Below, piece after piece: positions 9,263 to 18,849 of a stretch of 64,000 nucleotides of DNA. Made by a program: the position numbers and the translations under genes. The number at the start of each line of letters is the position of its first letter. Within the stretch, counting starts at the first letter, position 1. The notes under the pieces are model-generated. The model did no database searches. It had not been told where the DNA came from and saw nothing but the letters and a program-made list of their open reading frames with translations. The DNA is taken from contig CAXXXF010000016.1 in NCBI GenBank assembly GCA_963667175.2, forward strand, positions 288,001-352,000, given 5' to 3'. The stretch is from Candidatus Latescibacterota bacterium. GTDB taxonomy: Bacteria; Latescibacterota; UBA2968; GCA-2709665.

Positions 9263-10744
9263 ATGCCAGACGAAGACATTGTACGCATAGGACACCTCAA
9301 GACCGTGGACGCGTTTCGGAAACGCCTCGAGGGGCTCCGCCTGGCATTGCGCTGCGACCAGGACGTCCTTACCGCGCCTGAATCTCCGCTCGCACAACCG
9401 TTTCCATTCACACCGGAACCGATCGGCAATCGGTTCGCGATCCACCCGATGGAAGGTTGGGACGGCCTGACCGACGGCAATCCGTCGGAAGTCACCCGTC
9501 GCCGGTGGCGCCACTTCGGTCTGAGCGGCGCAAAGCTCATATGGGGAGGGGAGGCGATTGCCGTTCGACCCGAAGCACGCGCCAACCCCAACCAGTTGTT
9601 CGCCGCCGAACATACCCGTAGCGGCCTGGGCGAGTTGCTCGTTACGCTACGAGCCGCCCACCGGCAGCACGTCGGCAACACCGACGATCTGGTGGTCGGG
9701 CTGCAACTCACGCACTCGGGACGGTTCTGTCGGCCCACGCACAAAAGAAGGATGGAACCCCGAATCCTGTACCGTCACCCCATCCTCGACCGTAAATTCG
9801 GCGTGGCCCCGGATCACCCGGTGATGTCGGACGGCGAGATACGATCCGTTATAGACGACTACGTCAGGGCCGCGCGAATGGCTGCCGATCTGGGCTATCA
9901 GTTCGTGGACATCAAGCATTGCCACGGATATCTGGGCCACGAATTCCTGAGCGCCGTCACGCGCGGCGGTCCCTTCGGCGGAACGTTCGAAAACAGGACG
10001 CGTTTCCTTAAGGAAATTGTCCATGGGATCCGGACCGTGGCGCCAGGTCTCCGGATTGGCGTACGCCTGAGCGTATTTGACTTCGTTCCGTTCCGGCCCG
10101 ATCCGGATCGATCCCACGGTCGCAGACAGGGCCCCGGCATTCCCGAAGACTTCGGCCACTGCCTGCCCTATACCTGCGGATTTGGCACGAATCCGTCCAA
10201 TCCCATCGTTCCGGATCTCACCGAACCCGATCTCTTTCTGGACCTTCTCGAGCACCTGGATATCCGGCTGGTCAATCTCTCCGCCGGCAGCCCGTATTAC
10301 AATCCTCACATTCAGCGTCCCGCGTATTATCCCCCGTCAGACGGATACCAACCCCCGGAAGACCCCCTGGCGGGTGTCGCGCGTCAGATCGACGTCGTCC
10401 GGCGGATCAAGAAGCAGCATCCCGGCCTGATCCTGGTGGGTACGGGATATTCCTACCTTCAGGAGTTTCTGCCGCACGTGGCGCAAGCCCAGGTGCGCGA
10501 AAGGCACGTTGATTTTGTCGGTCTGGGAAGGATGGTACTTTCCTACCCGCGGCTTCCGCTGGACGTCCTGGAAAAAGGGAAACTGAACACGCGGGTCGTC
10601 TGTCGGACGTTCAGCGATTGCACGACCGCGCCACGAAACGGCATGATATCGGGCTGTTTTCCTCTCGATACACATTACAAAAAAACCCCTGAAGCCACAC
10701 GCCTCAGGGAAATTAAGAAAGCCGTCCGTCCCCGGCAAGGGTAA
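9263..10744 (+). CDS. NADH:flavin oxidoreductase (old yellow enzyme family)
   Basis: [49 protein letters not shown]. Start ATG 9263. Confidence 0.88.
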   Translation: MPDEDIVRIGHLKTVDAFRKRLEGLRLALRCDQDVLTAPESPLAQPFPFTPEPIGNRFAIHPMEGWDGLTDGNPSEVTRRRWRHFGLSGAKLIWGGEAIAVRPEARANPNQLFAAEHTRSGLGELLVTLRAAHRQHVGNTDDLVVGLQLTHSGRFCRPTHKRRMEPRILYRHPILDRKFGVAPDHPVMSDGEIRSVIDDYVRAARMAADLGYQFVDIKHCHGYLGHEFLSAVTRGGPFGGTFENRTRFLKEIVHGIRTVAPGLRIGVRLSVFDFVPFRPDPDRSHGRRQGPGIPEDFGHCLPYTCGFGTNPSNPIVPDLTEPDLFLDLLEHLDIRLVNLSAGSPYYNPHIQRPAYYPPSDGYQPPEDPLAGVARQIDVVRRIKKQHPGLILVGTGYSYLQEFLPHVAQAQVRERHVDFVGLGRMVLSYPRLPLDVLEKGKLNTRVVCRTFSDCTTAPRNGMISGCFPLDTHYKKTPEATRLREIKKAVRPRQG

Positions 10745-10780
10745 AGCGGCGCGGCGCGGGTAGATCCGCGCTCGACGCGC

Positions 10781-11590
10781 TCAACCCGCGCCGCCATCTG
10801 CGATTGCCTCGGATTTCAGTACGAAGACCTCCTCCAGATTGAAGAAATCGACGTTCGGCGCCACCTGGACTTCCCTGAAAAGGGCCTGATCGCGTTCGCC
10901 CACCCGGATTACGGTGCCGATCATAAGTCCCTTGGGAAACACGCCCCCGAGGCCCGAGGAAATGATCCTGTCGCCTTCGGAAACCTCGCTGCGTACCGAC
11001 ACGTGCCTCAGGAAAAACCTGCCGTTTTCACTCGTTACAATCCCCGAAGTCCGTTCATCGCGCTGCACGATCGCGCTCACCCTGCAATTGCGATCGAGAA
11101 GCAACTGAACCACCGCGGTTCGCGGGTGAACTTCCAGCACGCGACCGACGAGCCCGTCCGCCGTTACGACCGGCATGCGTTTCGCCACGCCGTCCGCCGC
11201 ACCCAGATCCAATAGCACGGTGTTCAGTACGCGGTTCGGATCCCGGGCAACCACCTTGGCCACAAGATACGTGCCTTCGGCCTTAGATCGGAAATCGAGC
11301 AATTCGCGGAGTCGGAGATTTTCCATCTGCGCCTCACGGAGTTCGAGCAACTCAAGCGAGATGCGCAGATTCTGCTCCCGCAGGATGCGGTTCTCGCGGC
11401 GCAGCCCGGAGAGTTCCATAGGCCATGTGAACAGCCCGTGACCGGTCTTGAGCAATCCGGTGGCGATACCCCTGGCCAACGCCACGCCTTCGGATTGACC
11501 AAGCGCCATAAGGCCCGACGATACAACGACGGCCATGCCCAGAACGACCAGGGAACGGTGCCCGCGTATAAATCCGAACAGCCACTGCAT
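10781..11590 (-). CDS. mreC: Rod shape-determining protein MreC
   Basis: N-terminal TM plus coiled coil (ENLRLRELL), GLVGRV, SSGLGGVFPKGL; directly downstream of mreB. Confidence 0.95.
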   Translation of the reverse strand: MQWLFGFIRGHRSLVVLGMAVVVSSGLMALGQSEGVALARGIATGLLKTGHGLFTWPMELSGLRRENRILREQNLRISLELLELREAQMENLRLRELLDFRSKAEGTYLVAKVVARDPNRVLNTVLLDLGAADGVAKRMPVVTADGLVGRVLEVHPRTAVVQLLLDRNCRVSAIVQRDERTSGIVTSENGRFFLRHVSVRSEVSEGDRIISSGLGGVFPKGLMIGTVIRVGERDQALFREVQVAPNVDFFNLEEVFVLKSEAIADGGAG

Positions 11591-11612
11591 GGGTCATCCA
11601 AACCGCAATCGA

Positions 11613-12632
11613 TTACAACAGCAGCTTCTGATACTGGTCGATATTCTCGAGAACACGCCCGGTACCGCGCACAACGCAGGTGAGCGGATCGTCGGCCACG
11701 ATCACGGGCAGACCGGTCTCTTCCATCAGTCTGCGGTCCAATCCCCGCAGCAATGCTCCGCCTCCCGTCATGATAATGCCCCGATCGAGTATATCGGCAG
11801 CCAGTTCCGGCGGCGTATGCTCCAGAGTCTGCCGCACCGCTTCCAGAATGGAATTCACCGTCCCGTTGAGAGCTTCCCGAATTTCCACCGAGTCGACGAT
11901 GATGGTCTTCGGGATGAAACTGACCGTATCCAGCCCCCGGCAGGGATGCTGGAATTCGCTATCCAGTGTGCCGGCAGAACCGATTTCACACTTGATTTGT
12001 TCCGCGCTCCGCTCTCCAACAAGAAGGTTGTGTTTGCGTCTGAGCATCGTGATGATGGCCTGATTCATCCCGTCGCCCGCTATCTTGATGGACCGCGAGG
12101 TCACGATGCCCGACAGAGCAATCACCGCGATTTCGGTGGTACCGCCTCCGATGTCAATCACCATGGATCCCACGGCCTCCTCCACGGGAAGGCCGATCCC
12201 GATCGCGGCGGCCATGGGTTCCGTGATGATGTAGACCTCGCGGGCCCCCGCACGTTCGGCGGATTCCCTGACGGCACGCATTTCGACGGCAGTCACCCCT
12301 GACGGCACGCATATCACAATCCGAGGGCGGACGAGAAGCCTGTTTTTCTGGACCTTCCGGATGAAGTGACGCAGCATCTCTTCGGTCACGTCGAAATCGG
12401 CAATGACCCCGTTCCGCAGTGGGCGTATTACGTCAATATCGGGGTTCTGGCGCCCCATCATCTGCTTGGCATGAGATCCGATTGCGAGCGGTTTGTGGGA
12501 ATTGCGGTCCAGCGCAACAACCGACGGCTCGTCGACCACGATGTTCTGTCCTTTGACGTAAACCAGGGTATTGGCCGTACCCAGATCGATGCCAATGTCG
12601 TTGGACAGCAGTCTGGAAAGAAATAGAGCCAT
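11613..12632 (-). CDS. mreB: Rod shape-determining protein MreB
   Basis: GIDLGTANTL, EPSVVA, EPMAAAIG, DIGGGTT, TGGGALL. Confidence 0.98.
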   Translation of the reverse strand: MALFLSRLLSNDIGIDLGTANTLVYVKGQNIVVDEPSVVALDRNSHKPLAIGSHAKQMMGRQNPDIDVIRPLRNGVIADFDVTEEMLRHFIRKVQKNRLLVRPRIVICVPSGVTAVEMRAVRESAERAGAREVYIITEPMAAAIGIGLPVEEAVGSMVIDIGGGTTEIAVIALSGIVTSRSIKIAGDGMNQAIITMLRRKHNLLVGERSAEQIKCEIGSAGTLDSEFQHPCRGLDTVSFIPKTIIVDSVEIREALNGTVNSILEAVRQTLEHTPPELAADILDRGIIMTGGGALLRGLDRRLMEETGLPVIVADDPLTCVVRGTGRVLENIDQYQKLLL

Positions 12633-12723
12633 AACGTTTCGTTTCCTAACGGGTTAGCCGAGCAATCGGTCTCGAACGTCGCGAAACTTGCCCAGGGTCT
12701 TCGTGTCCGGGACAGAGCACGAG

Positions 12724-12883
12724 CAGTCCGTTGAAAAAGTCGCTCCGAAGGCGAGGCCGAGGCATTGTGGCCGAAGACAAGGCGCGCGACCGACGCGCAT
12801 CCCTGGATTCGGGGAGGGAGCGCAACGCCGTCGTTCGGTCACAAGGCCCGGACGCAGACCGGATGGACTTTTTCGACGGGCTG
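12724..12883. mobile_element. MITE-like/REP-like palindromic element (~160 bp)
   Basis: Terminal inverted repeats CAGTCCGTTGAAAAAGTC (12724-12741) and GACTTTTTCGACGGGCTG (12866-12883) match at 16/18. Nested internal pairing. No plausible ORF. Confidence 0.65.
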
Positions 12884-13546
12884 TTAGATTAGAATTCGCA
12901 CCTCCCGGCCATCCACGCTGATTTTACCTTCCGCGAAGAGGCCGATCACTTCGGAAAATAACTCGTGCTCCACGGCCAGCACCTTGCGCGCGAGTGACTC
13001 GGGCGTTTCTTCCGGCGTGACGCGGACGCTTCGCCGCAAGATGACCGGGCCGGTGTCGTAATCCCCGTCCACGAGATGGACGGTCGCTCCCGACACCTCC
13101 ACGCCGCTGCGGACGACGGCTTCGTGGACGCGGTTCCCGTACAACCCCTTGCCACCGAATGCGGGAAGCAGGGCGGGGTGGATATTGATAACTCGATCCT
13201 TAAAGCTCTCAAGCGTCACGGGGCCCAGTTTCTTCATATAACCGGCCAGAACCACCAGGTCGACACCATGGGACCTGAGCGTTTCCGCGATCGCGCGGTC
13301 GAGGGCGCCGGGTTGCGGATGCGTCCTGCCGCTGAGGTGGAACACCGGGATTCCCGCCCGGCGGGCGCGGGCGAAAGCGCCCGATCGGCTGTTGTTGCCA
13401 ATTACCACGCCCACGCGCGCCGGAAGCCGACCCGAAGCGCTGCGGTCGAGTATCGCCTGTAGATTGGTCCCCCCTCCAGAGGCCAGCACACCCAGGCGAC
13501 AGGCAGCTTTCCGTCCTGACAGGTTCACCGCTCTACGATCCGACAC
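12884..13546 (-). CDS. purN: Phosphoribosylglycinamide formyltransferase
   Basis: LASGGGTNLQAI, LAGYMKKL, INIHPALLP, GATVHLVDGDYDTGP. Confidence 0.96.
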   Translation of the reverse strand: MSDRRAVNLSGRKAACRLGVLASGGGTNLQAILDRSASGRLPARVGVVIGNNSRSGAFARARRAGIPVFHLSGRTHPQPGALDRAIAETLRSHGVDLVVLAGYMKKLGPVTLESFKDRVINIHPALLPAFGGKGLYGNRVHEAVVRSGVEVSGATVHLVDGDYDTGPVILRRSVRVTPEETPESLARKVLAVEHELFSEVIGLFAEGKISVDGREVRILI

Positions 13547-13669
13547 GGGGATACATTCCGAAAGCTGACTTTACAGCATATAATTCGGCGGGGAAGAAGT
13601 AGAAAAGAGGGAAGATACCCAACCGCAAGAGTGGCGGCGGGCCCGAGAGACAATCGGCTCGGCCAACTC

Positions 13670-13698
13670 AAAATAACCCATTGCGCGTTCGATGTCAA
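13670..13698 (-). promoter_or_regulatory. Putative sigma70 promoter for purN-mreBC
   Basis: Minus strand TTGACA-17 nt-TATTTT. Confidence 0.6.
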
Positions 13699-13822
13699 GG
13701 GCTTTTCAGGCCAGGTTCAGCCGGTGCGGCAGACGAAATCCACTTGACAAGGATACGACGATTTTTCTTATTTAAACCGGTAAATGTTAAGCACTTACTC
13801 ATCAGGCGAACCACCACGGAGG

Positions 13823-14707
13823 ATGTCTTTGAAGATTCGCAAAGCGGTAATCGCGGCGGCCGGGCATGGAAGCCGGATGTTGCCGGCTACCAAAGCCCTG
13901 CCCAAGGAGATGATGCCCGTCGTGGACAAACCGGCTATACAGTACATCGTCGAAGAACTGGTCGAAGCCGGCATCGAAGACATCCTGATGATCACGGGCA
14001 GAGGCAAACGGTCCATTGAAGACCACTTCGACCGCAACGTCGAAATCCACAACGCACTCGCACAGCGTGAAGACCGCTCGATGCTTGCGAACCTCGAACG
14101 TATCGAGCAGCTTGCCGACATCCACTATCTCCGACAGAGAGAACTGCTCGGTACCGGTCACGCCGTCCTCAAGGCCCGTAAACACGTCGGCGACGAACCC
14201 TTTGCCGTGTTATTCGGAGACGATCTGGTGGTGTCGGAACGTCCGTGCATCGGGCAACTGATGGACCTTTACGACAGATCGGGTGCGTCGATTCTGGCGG
14301 TAAAGGAAGTCCCCCGAGAACGTGTCGGAAGCTACGGTGTGATCCGGGCCGAACCCGCCAACGGGGACTATCTCGTAAAGGGGCTGGTGGAAAAACCCGA
14401 ACCGGCGCAGGCGCCTTCGAACTTCGCCTGTCTCGGTCGGTATATCTTCGAACCCGACATCTTCGATTTTCTGGACCGAATCAGCCCGGTGGATAACGGC
14501 GAGTACCAGCTTACCGACGCGATTCAACTCATGGTTCAATCCCGCCCCGTCTACGCGTGCGCGATCGACGGGGACTGGCACACGGTTGGCGACCTGCTTT
14601 CGTATGTTCAGACGTCGGTCTCATTTGCCCTGATGCACCCCGAAATCGGCCAATCCTTCCGCGAATACCTGAAAACCGTTTGCCAGATTCCTCCCACTGG
14701 CGTCTAG
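13823..14707 (+). CDS. galU: UTP--glucose-1-phosphate uridylyltransferase
   Basis: KAVIAAAGHGSRMLPATKALPKEM, LGTGHAV, VEKP, EYQLTDA. ATG 13823 after GGAGG; TTGACA at 13744. Confidence 0.95.
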   Translation: MSLKIRKAVIAAAGHGSRMLPATKALPKEMMPVVDKPAIQYIVEELVEAGIEDILMITGRGKRSIEDHFDRNVEIHNALAQREDRSMLANLERIEQLADIHYLRQRELLGTGHAVLKARKHVGDEPFAVLFGDDLVVSERPCIGQLMDLYDRSGASILAVKEVPRERVGSYGVIRAEPANGDYLVKGLVEKPEPAQAPSNFACLGRYIFEPDIFDFLDRISPVDNGEYQLTDAIQLMVQSRPVYACAIDGDWHTVGDLLSYVQTSVSFALMHPEIGQSFREYLKTVCQIPPTGV

Positions 14708-14710
14708 ACG

Positions 14711-15400
14711 TCATTCCGCTGCGGAGCGGGACCGCCAGCCGTCAAGAATGCCGTTGAATTCATCCAGAATCTCTTCCACGCCGGCGACAATTTCACGTTC
14801 GTTCCTCGCGATCCATTTCATGTCCCGCCCGCTGACAATGTTGCGTCTTTCACAGGTCTCAAGTTCATCCCGATCAAGTACCGTAAGCCGCCCTTCCGGA
14901 TCGAACCAGAGGTCCAGCAGGAGGTCGACGTAGTCCACGCTGCGGTCGCCGATCTCAAGATTTCTGCAGACGTGAAAGAGATGGCCCAGCAGCCGCCCTT
15001 CCGGATCGCACATTTTCCACAACACGTATCCGGCCCCGTGCCGATAGTATCCGTACGTTACGGAGCCGGTTCGAATCGCCGTATCTCCAACGCGGCCCGG
15101 CCGGGCGTTCACATATTTGAGCACCACACGGTCGCCGGCGTGCACGATGGGCTCGCAGACAAAGACGGCATCCGGTTTGTCCAGGTGCCGCTTTACCTCC
15201 CGAAACTTCATGGCGAAAGAGAACGGGTCAGCAGATAACAGAACAGCATCGTTGTGCTCGCCACCAGCCAGCATGCCCATTGAAGCAGTTTCGCCCGTCG
15301 CCCGGCCATACCGGAAGAAACGGACTGGCCCAGATAGCATATCAGGAACACCAGCGAAATGCCGATACCCCAGATTGTAATCAAGAAATACCCTCCTCAC
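14711..15400 (-). CDS. DUF402-domain protein (FomD/nucleoside diphosphatase-like fold)
   Basis: YVDLLLDLW...VLDRDEL motif; GTGA overlap with the pcm stop. Confidence 0.65.
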   Translation of the reverse strand: MRRVFLDYNLGYRHFAGVPDMLSGPVRFFRYGRATGETASMGMLAGGEHNDAVLLSADPFSFAMKFREVKRHLDKPDAVFVCEPIVHAGDRVVLKYVNARPGRVGDTAIRTGSVTYGYYRHGAGYVLWKMCDPEGRLLGHLFHVCRNLEIGDRSVDYVDLLLDLWFDPEGRLTVLDRDELETCERRNIVSGRDMKWIARNEREIVAGVEEILDEFNGILDGWRSRSAAE

Positions 15401-16140
15401 TCCTGCGCCTGCGCTTCGCCCGTCATCGGTACAAACCGGACGGCGATAACCCGTTCTTCCCTTACGCCGTCCTTCTCCTTGACGAGTAACGTCAGGTATT
15501 GATTGTCGGTGCCGACAGGAATCACCATGCGTCCGCCTTCCCGAAGCTGTTCGACGAGCTCAGGCGGAATATGGTCGGGCGCCGCGGTTACGATCACCGC
15601 GTCGAACGGCGCGTGTTCCGCCCAGCCACGGTACCCGTCGCCGAGGCGTACGCTGATATTGTCGTATCCCATGCGCCTGAGTCGTTCTTCGGCCTGCCGG
15701 GCGAGTGACGGCACGATTTCGATGGTATACACTTCCCGCACCAGCCTTGCCAGAACGGCCGCCTGGTACCCCGAGCCGGTTCCCACTTCCAGCACGCTCT
15801 CGTCGCCCTTGAGGGCCAGCAGTTCCGTCATTTTCGCCACGATGTACGGCTGTGAAATCGTCTGGTCTTCCCCGATCGGCAGCGCGCCGTCGTCGTACGC
15901 CCGCGATTTCAGGTGCGGGGGCACAAAAAGGTGGCGCGGTACCCCAATCAAGGCGTTCAACACACGCGGATCTTTGATTCCGCGGCGCTTGATCTGTGTT
16001 TTTACCATCTTCCTGCGCATAATGAGAAATCGAGCCTCCTCATCCGCCGACGTCCTCTGTCCGTCGGTCGAATCCGCACGACAACCTGCGCAAAGCACGA
16101 TCCACAACGCCGGCATTGTTGCGCCGCGTAAGCGATGCAT
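15397..16140 (-). CDS. pcm: Protein-L-isoaspartate(D-aspartate) O-methyltransferase with hydrophobic/lipoprotein-like N-terminus
   Basis: VPRHLFVP, QTISQPY, VLEVGTGSGYQAA, GDGYRGW...APFDAVIVTAA, VRFVPM. Confidence 0.95.
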   Translation of the reverse strand: MHRLRGATMPALWIVLCAGCRADSTDGQRTSADEEARFLIMRRKMVKTQIKRRGIKDPRVLNALIGVPRHLFVPPHLKSRAYDDGALPIGEDQTISQPYIVAKMTELLALKGDESVLEVGTGSGYQAAVLARLVREVYTIEIVPSLARQAEERLRRMGYDNISVRLGDGYRGWAEHAPFDAVIVTAAPDHIPPELVEQLREGGRMVIPVGTDNQYLTLLVKEKDGVREERVIAVRFVPMTGEAQAQE

Positions 16141-16161
16141 GATCTACGGCCTCCGGGGGAA

Positions 16162-17763
16162 TCACTGTTTCCTGCTCTCGAGGTAGGCCCTGTCTCGCTG
16201 CAGAAGGTCCGGATTCAACCGGTAGAACAGCGCCCGGGTCTGGGGCAGCATCCTGCTGGTGACGACAAACCGGCCATCTAGCAACAACGATGGATTCATC
16301 GACGGATCGATACCCGCTTTCGCCGCCGCCTGCCGGGACCGTCGTGCCATCGAGGGGCCTTCGTCTGCCGCGCAGCGCTTTACGCGTTCGACGTCCATTG
16401 CCTGCTGCTCCAGGCAGGCGGCATCGGACCCTCCTGCGCCGTCCCCAGACGCACCCCCGAACACGCACATCGTAAAGGCCTTGTAACGATGGGGATAAAG
16501 CCGCCGGACACACAAGCTGGAAAACGTGTTCTCGTCCTGCCCGATCGGATGGAGGTGGAGACGTTCCGGGGCTTCCACGGCTTCCAGCCAGGTCAACAGA
16601 CCTCCCACGGTTCGTGTCGTCGATGGCGACGCTCCCGCAAAGAAGAAGTCCATTCGACCCGGAATGGCCTTCCGTCCCATCAGCCGCGAGACGGGCAGGA
16701 GCACGGGCCGCGGCACGTAACTGTCTCCCATCGGATACACGGCCTGCGCAATCCGCTGGAACCGGGCTGTCGCGGCGAATCCCGAACCCAGAATGAACGC
16801 GGGCACCCGATCGATCCGATAGCGTTGCGCCAGTTTCCGCCCCTGCCGGGAGTGTACGTTTACCGTTCGAACGTCCACGCCCGGGAACAACTCCCGGGTG
16901 GACCGGACAAACGTCTCCGGATCGCACAGGTCGCATTCGGTATCGTTCAAGACCGTCATCCTGAAGACGACGGGATCGCTGAATCTGCACGCCGCCGAGG
17001 GCTTGCCGGCGTCAACGCAGATTCCGACACGGCCCGTCGACGCACAGTCCTTATCGGCGCCGCAAACCGGGACTGCCGCACATGGCCCTGCCAGACTGTC
17101 GATTCCGCAAATACGGCGCGCCAGACCCTGCCTTGCGATTCCGCCCTTTACTTCCTCGCCGTTGACGTACAGGGTCGGCGACGCCTGGATGCCCAGACGA
17201 CTGGCCCTCCGGATATTGTCGCGGAAGAGCGCTTCGCCTTCTGGACCGGACGCGGCCGCCGCCACCCGTTCAGGATCGATTCCCGCCCGCCGCGCGCTGG
17301 CCTGCCAATCCGGGGAATCCACGTCTTCGTTTCTATGGAGAATATAGTCATAGTAGCGGTCGGGATACAAATGCATCATGACGACCTGCCGGATTCCCTC
17401 CTCCACTTCCGCGTCGCCATGCAGGCTGAGGAATCGGCCCGTACCGTAAACCGCGCCTGACTCGCAGGCTTCGCGTCCGGGCTCGCGCGGCCTGAGCGGC
17501 GCGGCGGGCGCGGACTCCTCTCCGGCCTCCTGGGCGATGAAATGCAGCCGGAAATCGATAGCTTCTCCAAACGCCTTGAGCGCGGGTTCAAGCGCCGCCT
17601 CCGCCCGCATGCCGTACGGACAGTGTGGCATCACAAACAACTCAACCCGTACGCGTTTCGGTGAATCCCCGGCCTCACCTGCCGAAACGTCGGCATCGGG
17701 ATTCAGAAGCCAGGGCAATATGCCCACGCACAAGGTTGTGATGATTGCCCGGATCAATCGCAT
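16162..17763 (-). CDS. Exported multi-thioredoxin-fold (DsbA/GILT-like) Cys-rich protein
   Basis: Signal-like N-terminus (MRLIRAIITTLCVGIL), VELFVMPHCPYG, SPTLYVNG, central CDLC, repeated third domain. Confidence 0.65.
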   Translation of the reverse strand: MRLIRAIITTLCVGILPWLLNPDADVSAGEAGDSPKRVRVELFVMPHCPYGMRAEAALEPALKAFGEAIDFRLHFIAQEAGEESAPAAPLRPREPGREACESGAVYGTGRFLSLHGDAEVEEGIRQVVMMHLYPDRYYDYILHRNEDVDSPDWQASARRAGIDPERVAAAASGPEGEALFRDNIRRASRLGIQASPTLYVNGEEVKGGIARQGLARRICGIDSLAGPCAAVPVCGADKDCASTGRVGICVDAGKPSAACRFSDPVVFRMTVLNDTECDLCDPETFVRSTRELFPGVDVRTVNVHSRQGRKLAQRYRIDRVPAFILGSGFAATARFQRIAQAVYPMGDSYVPRPVLLPVSRLMGRKAIPGRMDFFFAGASPSTTRTVGGLLTWLEAVEAPERLHLHPIGQDENTFSSLCVRRLYPHRYKAFTMCVFGGASGDGAGGSDAACLEQQAMDVERVKRCAADEGPSMARRSRQAAAKAGIDPSMNPSLLLDGRFVVTSRMLPQTRALFYRLNPDLLQRDRAYLESRKQ

Positions 17764-17930
17764 TTTCGTCAGACCCGCGGTTACAGCTTCGAAACGGCCG
17801 TGGAAGCCGGCCGCTAAATGGAGATCGGGAATCGCGGGCTCGAGGCTTTGGCCGGGTCCGGCGAATGCTGGCCTGCGCGCGGCACGGAGGCGCGCTTTCC
17901 CGCCTGGCGGTCGCCCGTGGACGGCGCCGG

Positions 17931-17966
17931 AACAAGAAAGGCCGCCTCCGGCTGAGAGACGACCTT
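17931..17966 (-). terminator. Putative intrinsic terminator after the FlgD-domain gene
   Basis: Minus strand AAGGTCGTCTC-loop-GAGGCGGCCTT followed by TCTTGTT. Confidence 0.5.
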
Positions 17967-17992
17967 CACGTTGCAGCACCAGACTTGAATTG

Positions 17993-18793
17993 CTATTTCA
18001 AAAGCATCATTCGCCTGGACGCCGAGAAATCGGCGGCCTGCAGCCGATACAAGTAGATCCCGCTGGCGACCTGGCGTCCCAACTCGTCCCTGCCATCCCA
18101 GGTGGCTGTAAAGTGGCCCGCTTCGGTGCGCGCATCCAGCAGAACGCGAACTTCCTGACCAAGGAGATTATAGATGGCCAACCTGACCTGCCCGGCCTCC
18201 GCAATCTGATACTCGATCGTTGTGGAGGGATTGAACGGATTCGGCATATTCTGGCTCAGGGCCGTACGGTCCGGCAGTGGTTTCAGGTTTCCGATTTCAA
18301 TTTGCGTGAGCAGGTCGACGTTTCCATCGAGTCCGACAAGAACCCCCTCGGCAATCTGAAAATCCGTTGCCACCGGCGTTTGGGTGGTCTTGAAGACGAG
18401 TTCAACGAGAGCGCCCTCGCCGCTGGACCCGACGCCATCGACCTTCATGGCGCCGATATCCAACTTGCCGGGCGTCCTGTCAGACGACAGAAAGAGCGTA
18501 CTCTGTTCAGAACCGGATGACAGCAGATTTCCGTCGGCCTCCCGCGCTTCGAGAAACTCATACCTGGCAGGATCGTAGATCAGTGAGAATCCGTACCCCT
18601 TCAGGTTTTTGGCCTCTGCGAGCGATACGAGCAGTTTCAGGACACCCTCATCCGTGTCCTGTCCGTCCGCCCGCTCCAGCATCAATCTGGCGAATGAATT
18701 CTGACCGCCCGAAATATTCAATCCATCTGTCATTTCCCCGGCAGTCGCCGAACCTGCCAGAGCAAGTACGACCAGAACGATTGCCTTCCGCAT
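17993..18793 (-). CDS. Secreted protein: cohesin-like beta domain plus C-terminal FlgD-Ig/T9SS-A-like sorting domain
   Basis: Signal peptide MRKAIVLVVLALAGSATA; LKGYGFSLIYDP...GEGALVELVF; LSQNMPNPFNPSTTIEY...WDGRDELGRQVASGIYLYRL. Confidence 0.8.
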   Translation of the reverse strand: MRKAIVLVVLALAGSATAGEMTDGLNISGGQNSFARLMLERADGQDTDEGVLKLLVSLAEAKNLKGYGFSLIYDPARYEFLEAREADGNLLSSGSEQSTLFLSSDRTPGKLDIGAMKVDGVGSSGEGALVELVFKTTQTPVATDFQIAEGVLVGLDGNVDLLTQIEIGNLKPLPDRTALSQNMPNPFNPSTTIEYQIAEAGQVRLAIYNLLGQEVRVLLDARTEAGHFTATWDGRDELGRQVASGIYLYRLQAADFSASRRMMLLK

Positions 18794-18849
18794 AACCGCC
18801 TCCTTTCGGGACCCACGCGAACCGAAGTTTTCAATACGTCACGGCATGA

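Noticed and set aside
13547-13665. purN leader as a possible ZTP or PRPP riboswitch
   Set aside because: Conserved riboswitch cores are not visible; only a pyrimidine-rich tract.
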